Below are positions 55,661-64,000 of a stretch of 64,000 bases of DNA, in pieces. Source of the stretch: an uncultured virus (IMG/VR IMGVR_UViG_643348570_000002) (lineage: Duplodnaviria > Heunggongvirae > Uroviricota > Caudoviricetes). The notes under the pieces are model-generated. The model searched no databases. It was not told the origin of the DNA and worked only from the letters and a program-made list of their open reading frames with translations. The position numbers and the translations under genes are program-made. Position 1 is the first letter of the stretch, and each line of letters starts with the position of its first letter. The stretch lies in the IMG/VR virus record IMGVR_UViG_643348570_000002; one strand, 5' to 3'.

Positions 55661-56334
55661 GCTTTCAGGGACGGATCACCCGCACGGGTGGCGCGAAGGT
55701 CAAGCGCGCGCTGGGTGTGCAGGCGGCGCTGGAATGGGCGTTCCGGGTCGAGAAGGCGCAGCTGGAGCTTCCGCTGCCCCAGGACGTGACCGAGGACGGC
55801 TTCGGCTTTGGTCTCGAATACGTCCTCCTCCAGCGCGCCGCGCTGGGCTGCAAGGTCGACGGCGGCAAGCACAAGATCGGCGGGTATACCCACGAGGACG
55901 CCGAGGTAATCGCCGCCACCGTCGCCGGGATTCCCGACGGCCTCGGCGGTAAGCGCATGGCGATCCGGCTGGCGGAACTGGCTCGCGCCGGGCTCACGCC
56001 GGACTGGATGCCGGGTGCGGTGCCCCGCTGCGTGCCGGTCGACGTGAAGCGCAACCAGCATGGCGAACGCGCCAGCACCATCGTCATGGGCACCGAGCGC
56101 GTCCTCATCCGAAGAAAGTGGCGCACTGTCGAGGTTCTGGCCTGTCCCGTGACCTTCTCCCCGCATCCCCACCAGATCGACGCCGCGCGTCGGGCCTATG
56201 ACGACTGGTGGCAGGCGCTGGGCTGGATCCGGGACGGGCTGATCTCAGGCGGGATGCTGCGGGATGTGGAGGTAACATCGGCGATGCCTCCAATCACGCC
56301 ATGGTCCCGCAACAAGCTGCGCGAGCCCGAGTGA
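55657..56334 (+). CDS. Hypothetical phage-type protein
   Basis: 225 aa; ALEWAF..EKAQL and ELARAG.TPDW; last gene of the operon. Confidence 0.65.
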   Translation: MSFQGRITRTGGAKVKRALGVQAALEWAFRVEKAQLELPLPQDVTEDGFGFGLEYVLLQRAALGCKVDGGKHKIGGYTHEDAEVIAATVAGIPDGLGGKRMAIRLAELARAGLTPDWMPGAVPRCVPVDVKRNQHGERASTIVMGTERVLIRRKWRTVEVLACPVTFSPHPHQIDAARRAYDDWWQALGWIRDGLISGGMLRDVEVTSAMPPITPWSRNKLREPE

Positions 56335-56345
56335 CAGGCGGGCGC

Positions 56346-58403
56346 CTACGCAAACTTGATGAACAGCTCATCCTCGAGGCCGAGCTCGGTCAGGATGAAC
56401 TTCATCCGCTCGAACTTGGTCGTTGAATCGACATTGGCCTCGACGAAGTATCCCTCACCCACCTGAACCGACTGGCGCAGGGTGGGAGCATCAGCGGTCA
56501 ACTGGATGCGATCACCGAGCTTCGTGCCATGAAAGGCATCCGGTTGCTCAGACAGCAGATGCTGGATCACCTCAACATACAGCCGGCTGACCTGGGTAAC
56601 CCAGAGGCGGTTCCCCATGAAGACCGCGTACTCCAGCTTCTTGAACTTGGGCTCCTCGGCCTCGAAGATGTTGACCTCCTCCGCATCCGGGCCGACCAGT
56701 ACATCGACGCTGGGCGCGGGCCATACTTCGAGGAAGCGCTGGGCGATGCGCTCCGCGCGCGCTTCAATCTGTTCTACATTCCAGTGGTCAAGGCTCTGCA
56801 GGTCGCGATTGAGCCAGAGACGGCTGAAACGATAGCCCTGTTCGCCTCCGCCCTCATTCATGTCGCGCTTCTCGACGAATGTCTTGTTTCCCAGGCGGCC
56901 GTTATTGCCCGACAACGTCAGATTGCCGATGGTGTTCAGATACTGCTCCCCCATGGCGACGTAGTCATCCTCGTCAACCGTGCTGCGCCATTCCGGGTCC
57001 GGGTTCTGCGGGAAGATGTGCTCGATGGTAATGCCGGGCGTCGTCACATCGACGATTTCGCGGTTGTTGTGGTTTTCAAGGCGGTCGAAGAAGTAGGTCC
57101 GCGTGCGTCCCTTCATGCTGTACATGTCCTTCTCCTTCAGGACAGCCAGCACCTCGGCATCGCGCGGGAAGCGTTGCGTGCCGCCACGCTGCATCAGCGC
57201 GCGCTGGATCGAAGTCAGATACTCATCGGGGTCGACACGGTCGTAGAGCCCCATGAAGATCTTGTTCAGCGCATTGGTCGGCAGGCCAAGGATCGCACGC
57301 CGCCAGACATAGCTTTGCACCAGGCGCAGCGCCGCTGCAAAATCGTCGCGCGCGATCACGCCTGCCAGAAAATCGCGATAGACCGGCATCAAGAAGGGGT
57401 AGGACACATTGATCTCGAGGGTGCGGATATAGCCCAGCTCGCGCGCGATCACGGCGTCGGTTTCCATGTCAGGGTTCAGCAGGCGCGCATAGACATTCGA
57501 AAGCTCGCGGATCTCGACCAGCGCCTCCATCAGCTCGGGCGAGCTGGGAACAGGGAACCGCTCCTTGAACTTTGCATAGACCGCGCCCTTGTTGGGAATA
57601 TCCTTCTGCTTCAGCGTCAGGTAGTCCCTGATGAAGTCCGACACACGGCTTTCGTTCACCTCGAGATTGCGCGCATTGCGTTCGATCGGCTCCCAGAACT
57701 TGCGGAACACCTGCTCCTGTTCCCTGCGTGGCAAGCCCATCAGGATGTAGTTGCGGATCAGATCAGCCTGCGACAGTTCCAGCCCCGTTGAATTCAGGCT
57801 CTCGAAAATACGCTGTGGATTATCCTTTTGCCGGTCAAGTGCGATGTTGACGAAGATCAGCTTGGAAAGGCCCTTCATCACAGTCGCCACGTTGGACGCA
57901 TCGATCCGGCTCTGGAAAAAGCGGAAATTTTCGATCAGCCGCGAGTACCCGCTGACCTTTACCGCCTCCTGCGGATCCATCATCTGCGCCAGCGCAGCCT
58001 TGTTGTTGTCGGTGGGCTTCAGTTTCAGCTTCTCGGCTTCTTCCGCAAACTCGTTGATCAGGTAGGTCTTGTAGATGCGCTGGGCTTCCCGCTCTTCGCC
58101 AGCGGCAAGGAAGTACCTGTAGATCGCGATATAGATCAGAGTCAGCGTGGTCAGGCGCTGCTGGCCATCGATGATGGTGAATTCCTGCAGAGCAGCGACA
58201 GCATGCACATCATCATGCACGTAAACGATGCTGCCGATGAAATGGCCCGACTGGCTCTCGTCAGCGCCAACGGCGAGGATGTCCTTGAACAGCTGCGCGC
58301 ATTGCGTCTTTGCCCAGTCGTAGTTGCGCTGGTAAACCGGAATAGCGAACGCCGTTTCGTTACTCCCCAGAAAGCGATCAACTTTGGTCTCTGCTGCCTT
58401 CAC
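56346..58403 (-). CDS. GmrSD-family type IV restriction endonuclease (DUF262 + HNH DUF1524)
   Basis: IPVYQRNYDW, IIDGQQR, IFESLNSTG, TIEHIFPQ and IGNLTL motifs. Confidence 0.92.
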   Translation of the reverse strand: MKAAETKVDRFLGSNETAFAIPVYQRNYDWAKTQCAQLFKDILAVGADESQSGHFIGSIVYVHDDVHAVAALQEFTIIDGQQRLTTLTLIYIAIYRYFLAAGEEREAQRIYKTYLINEFAEEAEKLKLKPTDNNKAALAQMMDPQEAVKVSGYSRLIENFRFFQSRIDASNVATVMKGLSKLIFVNIALDRQKDNPQRIFESLNSTGLELSQADLIRNYILMGLPRREQEQVFRKFWEPIERNARNLEVNESRVSDFIRDYLTLKQKDIPNKGAVYAKFKERFPVPSSPELMEALVEIRELSNVYARLLNPDMETDAVIARELGYIRTLEINVSYPFLMPVYRDFLAGVIARDDFAAALRLVQSYVWRRAILGLPTNALNKIFMGLYDRVDPDEYLTSIQRALMQRGGTQRFPRDAEVLAVLKEKDMYSMKGRTRTYFFDRLENHNNREIVDVTTPGITIEHIFPQNPDPEWRSTVDEDDYVAMGEQYLNTIGNLTLSGNNGRLGNKTFVEKRDMNEGGGEQGYRFSRLWLNRDLQSLDHWNVEQIEARAERIAQRFLEVWPAPSVDVLVGPDAEEVNIFEAEEPKFKKLEYAVFMGNRLWVTQVSRLYVEVIQHLLSEQPDAFHGTKLGDRIQLTADAPTLRQSVQVGEGYFVEANVDSTTKFERMKFILTELGLEDELFIKFA

Positions 58404-58555
58404 CGAACACCCCCGATTCAATCGCGTTCTTCAGGTCCTATCCGCTGAACGCGGATGAGTCACGCACCCGACAGCTGGATCGCACCCGACGAGTCGGCAA
58501 AGGAGATCCTGCGCTGACGAGCAACGGACAGCGACACCACGCTGCCGCCCGAAAC

Positions 58556-58583
58556 TTGCCATTTGGCATCAAGTCGCTATATT
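58556..58583 (+). promoter_or_regulatory. TA promoter with dyad operator
   Basis: TTGCCA-16-TATATT overlapping TGCCA-TT-TGGCA. Confidence 0.55.
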
Positions 58584-58602
58584 AAGGCCAAAGGAGATCG
58601 CC

Positions 58603-59016
58603 ATGCAGTTCGCTACCGTCCAGCCGATCACCGCACGTCCGGACCTTCCCGTCATCACCGACGAGGAGGCTGCGGCGCTTGCACGTGCCACCGTCAACCT
58701 GTTCCGCGCCTGGGGCCTGACCGACGCCGAGGCCCGAACCCTCCTCGGCGACATGGCCCAGCGCACATGGGCGCGCTGGAAGGCTGGCGATGTCGGGCGC
58801 ATCGACCGCGACCTGCGGGCGCGCATGGCAATCCTGATGGGGGTCCACAAGGCGCTGCGTTATCTCTTCACCGACGCCGCCCGCGGCTATGCGTGGATCC
58901 GCAAGCCCAGCGAGGCCTTCGGGGGACGCAGTGCGCTGGACGTCATGCTGCGCGGGGAGATCACCGACCTGATCGACCTGCGCACCTATCTCGATGCCGA
59001 GCGGGGTGCCTGGTGA
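58603..59016 (+). CDS. Xre/MbcA/ParS antitoxin
   Basis: N-terminal HTH; WIRKPSEAFGGRSALDVM...YLDAERG. Confidence 0.9.
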   Translation: MQFATVQPITARPDLPVITDEEAAALARATVNLFRAWGLTDAEARTLLGDMAQRTWARWKAGDVGRIDRDLRARMAILMGVHKALRYLFTDAARGYAWIRKPSEAFGGRSALDVMLRGEITDLIDLRTYLDAERGAW

Positions 59017-59702
59017 ATGTGCCTGTCCGCCGCGTGACATGGCCACGCACCGTCCGCATAATCCGCTCGATTCACCCGCCCATCGACCTCTTCGAGGACA
59101 TCGCCGACCCCGCCGACTGGGAGGCGCTGGCTTCGGCCGAGGCCAAGTTCAACCCGCGCATCCGCGACAGCATCGGTGATCTGTCCAAGGTGCCGGTCTC
59201 GCGCCGCGTAACCGGTCCCGGTGCCAGCTGGGTCATGGCCCCCTTCGTCCACTGCTCGCCGCTGCGGCCCGGGCGGTTCTCCAATGGCAGCTTCGGCCTC
59301 TACTATGCGGGCGACCGCACCGAAGTGGCCATCGCCGAGACCATTCATCACCACGCCCGCTTCATGCGGGCCACGGAGGAGGCTCCCGGCTGGACCTCGC
59401 AGTTCCGCGAACTGATCGGGTCCATCGATGCCGATCTGGACGACGCCACCGGGCGCGCCGCCCTGCTCGACCCCGACGACTACCGCCCCTCGCAGATCTT
59501 CGGCGCCGAGCGCCGGGCGGCCGGATCGAACGGCATCACCTGGCCCAGCGTCCGCTATCCGCGCGGGCACTGCATCGGGGTGTTCTGGCCAGACGTGATT
59601 CCGATCCCGACGCAGGGGGGGCATTTCGCGTATCACTGGAACGGGGAGGCAGTCGATTACGTGAAGCGGTTGGAAGACGGCGAGGTGATGGTCGTTCTGT
59701 GA
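59013..59702 (+). CDS. RES-domain toxin
   Basis: GRFS..FGLYYA, AIAET and WPSVR (R-E-S); GTGA overlap. Confidence 0.9.
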   Translation: MNVPVRRVTWPRTVRIIRSIHPPIDLFEDIADPADWEALASAEAKFNPRIRDSIGDLSKVPVSRRVTGPGASWVMAPFVHCSPLRPGRFSNGSFGLYYAGDRTEVAIAETIHHHARFMRATEEAPGWTSQFRELIGSIDADLDDATGRAALLDPDDYRPSQIFGAERRAAGSNGITWPSVRYPRGHCIGVFWPDVIPIPTQGGHFAYHWNGEAVDYVKRLEDGEVMVVL

Positions 59703-59812
59703 GGTCCTGCCTGGCGCTCTCACCCTCTACGCCGGGATTCTGGGCTTCAATTTCAGGTCGCAAGACGAAGGGATCGCCGTTAAGCTTATGACAAGTAAGG
59801 CAAGGAACACTC

Positions 59813-62800
59813 ATGACGGCGCTTGATCGACTCCTTCAGTCCTACCGCGATGCGGCCGTCACCGAACGCGAAAAGGGCACCTATTTTGAGCGGCTCGCGC
59901 TCGCCTACTTCCAGAACGACCCGGTACAGTCAGAAGAGTACGAGGCCGTGTGGACCTGGTCGGAATGGGCGAAGGCCAACGGTCGCGACGGCAAGGACAT
60001 CGGCATCGATCTGGTTTCAAAGTTGCGCAACGAGGATGGGTTCGCCGCGATTCAGGCCAAGTTCTACACTGCCGACACGCGGATTCAGAAGGCGCATATC
60101 GACAGCTTCATCTCGGCCTCGGGCAAAGAGCCATTCCGCAGGAGGATCGTGCTCGACACCACTGAGCATGAATGGAGCGCGAACGCGGAAGAGATGATCC
60201 GGGGGCAGGCAATTCCCGTCGTGCGGATCGGCCTGACCGACCTGCGGGAGAGCCGGATCGATTGGACGATCTTCGAGGCACGGGGTGAAATAGTTCTGGC
60301 CGCCAGGAAGACCCTGATGCCGCATCAACGAGATGCCTTGGCACATGTCAGAGACGGCCTCGCGAAGGCGGACCGCGGTAAGATGATCATGGCCTGTGGT
60401 ACCGGCAAGACTTTCACCGCCCTCAAGATCGCCGAGGACCTCGCCGGCAAGGGCAAGCGCGTCCTGTTCATGGTCCCTTCCCTGGCGCTGATGTCACAGA
60501 CGGTGCGGGAATGGACCAACGACACAGAAACACCCATCCGCGCCTTCGCTGTCTGTTCCGATGCCCATGTCGGCAAGCGACGCAAGAACACCGATGACAT
60601 TGCCGAAATCGAGATCCACGATCTGGCGTTCCCCGCGACGACGGATCCACAGAAGGTGGCGGAGAAGGCGGGCGATGACGATCCCGAGCGCATGACTGTC
60701 ATCTTCTCGACCTACCAGTCGATCGGCACCCTCAGCCGCGCGCAGGAGGCCGGCCTCCCCGCTTTCGACCTGATCATCTGCGACGAAGCGCACCGTACGA
60801 CAGGAGCCACCCTCGACAAGGAAGACGAGTCGAACTTCGTCAAGATTCACAGCGATGATCACGTTGCTGGTCGTAAGCGCCTCTACATGACCGCGACGCC
60901 CCGGATCTTCGGGGACAACGTCCGCAGCAAGGCCGATGAAGTCGGGGCAGAGCTGGCGTCGATGGACGATGAAACCCTCTTCGGGAAAACCCTGTTCTAC
61001 AGGGGGTTCGGCTGGGCTGTGCAGAACGGCCTGCTCACCGATTACAAGGTCATCGTTCTGGCCATGGACGAGGGGCTTGTCAGCGCGGCGGTCCAGAAGC
61101 GCCTCGGCGACGCGGGCAGCGAGCTGGTGCTGGATGACGCGACCAAGATCATCGGCTGCTACAAGGCCCTGACCAAGGTCGACCTCAAGGCCGATGTAGC
61201 AGCAGACCCGCACCCGATGCGCCGCGCCCTGGCCTTCGCCCGCGATATCCGCAGCTCGAAGCTGATCCGTGACGAATTCACTGCCGTCGTAGACGAATAC
61301 TTGGGCCAGGACAGCCTGATAGATGACGACACCCCGTCAGACCATCTGCAATGCGAGATCGAGCATGTCGATGGCACCTTCAACGCCAAGACCCGTGGCG
61401 CGCTTCTGGATTGGCTGAAGGCCGATGCCGGTGACAATGTCTGTCGCATCCTGACCAATGCCCGCTGCCTGTCCGAGGGTGTGGATGTTCCCGCCCTTGA
61501 TGCCATCATGTTCCTGCACCCACGCAAGAGCCAGATCGACGTGGTGCAATCGGTCGGCCGCGTCATGCGCCGGGCAGACAGCAAGAAGATGGGCTATGTC
61601 ATCCTGCCCGTGGGCGTTCCCGCCGGCGTCCCGCCCGAGCTGGCGCTCAATGACAATGAGCGCTACCGCGTTGTCTGGCAGATCCTGAACGCGCTGCGGG
61701 CCCATGACGAACGCTTCGACAGCACCATCAACAGGGCCTCGCTCGGGCAGGACATCTCGGACCAGGTCGAGATCGTCGGCGTCAGTGCCGATACAGAAGA
61801 ACTCCGCTCAGTCACTGCCGTGGTCGAGAATCTGCCGTCGAGAACCAAGGCTGCCAGTTCCGGCATCGGCAAGGGCAGCGGCGGCCCCGGCGATGATGTG
61901 ATCGAAGGCCCCACCCAGACCGAGATGACCTTCTCGATCGACGAATTCTCGCGCGCCATCATGGCCAAGATCGTCAAGAAATGCGGCACGCGTGATTATT
62001 GGGAGGACTGGTCTGCCTCCATCGCCGAAATCGCCAAGAACCACATCACCCGCCTGACCGGCCTGCTGAAAGACCCCGACAGCGACGCCCGCCGCGCCTT
62101 CGACGATTTCCTAGCCGAGCTGCGCGACGATCTGAACGACACGATCACCGAGGGCGACGCCATCGAGATGCTCGCCCAGCACATCATCACCCGGCCGGTG
62201 TTCGAGACCCTGTTCGAAGGCCACAAGTTCACCGCAGAGAACCCCGTTTCGCGCGCCATGCAGCGCGTGCTGGATGTGCTGAACGAGGCCAACCTCGACA
62301 AGGAGTCAAAGGACCTCGAGAAATTCTACGCCAGCGTGCGGATGCGCGCCCATGGCATCACCGATCCCCACGCCAAGCAGAAGCTGATCGTCGAGCTCTA
62401 CGACAAGTTCTTCCGCCGCGCCTTTCCGCGCACCACCGAAAAGCTGGGGATCGTCTACACCCCGGTCGAGATCGTGGATTTCATCATCCATTCGGTCAAC
62501 GAGATGCTGCAGGAGCATTTCGGCCAGACCCTCGGGTCCGAAGGCGTCCACATCCTCGACCCCTTCACCGGCACCGGCACCTTCATCACCCGGCTGCTGC
62601 AGTCCGGCCTGATCGCGCCCGAGGAGATGGAGCGCAAGTTCCGCCACGAGATCCACGCCAACGAGATCGTCCTGCTGGCCTATTACATCGCCGCAATCAA
62701 CGTCGAGGCGGTCTATCACGGCATCATGGGCGGCGACTATGTGCCGTTCGAGGGCATCTGCCTGACCGACACCTTCCAGATGTATGAAAGCGACGACCTG

Positions 62801-64000
62801 ATCTCGCATTACATGCCCGACAACTCGGAGCGGCGAAAGCGGCAGAAGGCATCGGATATTCGGGTGATCGTGGGGAACCCGCCGTATTCTGTAGGGCAAG
62901 CGACCGCCAACGATGACAATGCCAACGTGATTTACCCGGGGCTGGACGCTCGGATCAGGTCTACCTACGCGGCCAGATCGGCTAACACCAACATGCGCTC
63001 GTTGTATGATAGCTACATTCGCGCAATTCGCTGGGCCTCCGACCGGATCGGGGATGCGGGCATCGTCGCCTTTGTAACGAACGCGGGATGGGTGGACGGA
63101 AACGCGGCCGACGGGATGCGGGCGTGCCTAGCAGAAGAGTTCACAGATCTTTACGTCTTCCACCTTCGCGGAAACCAGCGAACGAGCGGAGAGAAGTCCC
63201 GCAAAGAAGGCGGCAAGATCTTTGGCTCGGGCAGCCGCGCGCCGATCAGCATCAGCGTCTTCGTCAAAAATCCGAAGGCAACGGAGATTGGCCGGATTTT
63301 CTTTCACGACATCGGTGACTATCTAGATCAGAAGCAGAAGCTTGCGATCATTCGAGATTTTGGTGCGATTGGCGGGATTTCCGATGCGGAAGCATGGGAG
63401 AGAATCATACCCAACGAGAATTTTGACTGGCTCGGGCAGCGAGATGCCGACTTCGGTAAGTTCATCGATATCTCTGAAAAGAACGGCTCCCAACCAGCCA
63501 TCTTCGAGACCCACTCCGCTGGGCTGAAAACTAACCGCGATTCATGGGTATACGGCGCATCAAAATCCGATCTGGGAAACCGAATCCAGGAGTCGATTGC
63601 CTTCTACAATCACCAGGTCAAGGAGCGCCAAACCGACAGCAGTCACAAGCCGGATACACGGGCCGATCAATTCAAGTGGTGCCAATCCACTCTAAATTCA
63701 TACGAAAAAGGCAGATACCTGTCGTTTTGCGAAGACCGACTTCAGCAAGCCATCTATCGACCATACCAAAGTACATGGCTGTATAAGGACAAAGACTTGA
63801 ACTGGAGCAGCTATCTAATGCCCCGGTTCTTCCCAAATCGAGAAGCCGTGAACCGCGTGATAATGGTTAAGCAAAGATGGCACGGTGATGGGCAGCTCGC
63901 ACTAATGGTTGACCGCGTCCCCGATCTCCAAAGTGATGGCGGCACACAGTGTGTGTCGCTCTACATCTACGATCAGCAGGACGAGGAACCCCTTGGCCTC
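59813..64000 (+). CDS. Type ISP restriction-modification enzyme (Mrr-like nuclease, SF2 helicase, N6-MTase, TRD); 3' truncated by the window
   Basis: Not in the ORF track; read from ATG 59813: GIDLV..IQAK, MACGTGKT, DEAHRT, LSEGVDVP, LDPFTGTG, GNPPY. Confidence 0.92.
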   Translation, partial: MTALDRLLQSYRDAAVTEREKGTYFERLALAYFQNDPVQSEEYEAVWTWSEWAKANGRDGKDIGIDLVSKLRNEDGFAAIQAKFYTADTRIQKAHIDSFISASGKEPFRRRIVLDTTEHEWSANAEEMIRGQAIPVVRIGLTDLRESRIDWTIFEARGEIVLAARKTLMPHQRDALAHVRDGLAKADRGKMIMACGTGKTFTALKIAEDLAGKGKRVLFMVPSLALMSQTVREWTNDTETPIRAFAVCSDAHVGKRRKNTDDIAEIEIHDLAFPATTDPQKVAEKAGDDDPERMTVIFSTYQSIGTLSRAQEAGLPAFDLIICDEAHRTTGATLDKEDESNFVKIHSDDHVAGRKRLYMTATPRIFGDNVRSKADEVGAELASMDDETLFGKTLFYRGFGWAVQNGLLTDYKVIVLAMDEGLVSAAVQKRLGDAGSELVLDDATKIIGCYKALTKVDLKADVAADPHPMRRALAFARDIRSSKLIRDEFTAVVDEYLGQDSLIDDDTPSDHLQCEIEHVDGTFNAKTRGALLDWLKADAGDNVCRILTNARCLSEGVDVPALDAIMFLHPRKSQIDVVQSVGRVMRRADSKKMGYVILPVGVPAGVPPELALNDNERYRVVWQILNALRAHDERFDSTINRASLGQDISDQVEIVGVSADTEELRSVTAVVENLPSRTKAASSGIGKGSGGPGDDVIEGPTQTEMTFSIDEFSRAIMAKIVKKCGTRDYWEDWSASIAEIAKNHITRLTGLLKDPDSDARRAFDDFLAELRDDLNDTITEGDAIEMLAQHIITRPVFETLFEGHKFTAENPVSRAMQRVLDVLNEANLDKESKDLEKFYASVRMRAHGITDPHAKQKLIVELYDKFFRRAFPRTTEKLGIVYTPVEIVDFIIHSVNEMLQEHFGQTLGSEGVHILDPFTGTGTFITRLLQSGLIAPEEMERKFRHEIHANEIVLLAYYIAAINVEAVYHGIMGGDYVPFEGICLTDTFQMYESDDLISHYMPDNSERRKRQKASDIRVIVGNPPYSVGQATANDDNANVIYPGLDARIRSTYAARSANTNMRSLYDSYIRAIRWASDRIGDAGIVAFVTNAGWVDGNAADGMRACLAEEFTDLYVFHLRGNQRTSGEKSRKEGGKIFGSGSRAPISISVFVKNPKATEIGRIFFHDIGDYLDQKQKLAIIRDFGAIGGISDAEAWERIIPNENFDWLGQRDADFGKFIDISEKNGSQPAIFETHSAGLKTNRDSWVYGASKSDLGNRIQESIAFYNHQVKERQTDSSHKPDTRADQFKWCQSTLNSYEKGRYLSFCEDRLQQAIYRPYQSTWLYKDKDLNWSSYLMPRFFPNREAVNRVIMVKQRWHGDGQLALMVDRVPDLQSDGGTQCVSLYIYDQQDEEPLGL

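Larger units (their letters stand above)
45063..64000. mobile_element. tRNA-fMet-targeting integrative element / defence island (continues past the window)
   Basis: att fragment, integrase, xis, rep with iterons, defence cargo; no virion genes in the window. Confidence 0.75.

Overview
GC-rich alphaproteobacterial DNA (inferred Rhodobacteraceae, Rhodobacter/Cereibacter-like) made almost entirely of mobile elements. (1) About 1-39883 is an apparently intact lambda-like cos prophage integrated at the 3' end of tRNA-Val(TAC); its other att site is not in the window. It has lysis, tail, head, packaging, replication, CI/Cro, early-left and int/xis modules, three phage DNA methyltransferases, several morons, and a low-GC Dcm + hypothetical + GHKL-ATPase cassette at its distal end. 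(2) About 39960-45060 is a decayed island of serine-recombinase, endolysin and GmrSD fragments plus IS3-family elements. (3) From a 47-bp tRNA-fMet 3' duplication (45063-45109) to the window end lies a second, capsid-less integrative element. It carries a P4-like integrase, Xis, VRR-NUC, an iteron-containing Rep and a dual-frame C5 methyltransferase, plus defence cargo: an uncharacterised four-gene nuclease operon, GmrSD, Xre-RES and a type ISP RM enzyme running off the window. All functional calls come from motifs read by eye and synteny; no database searches were run.
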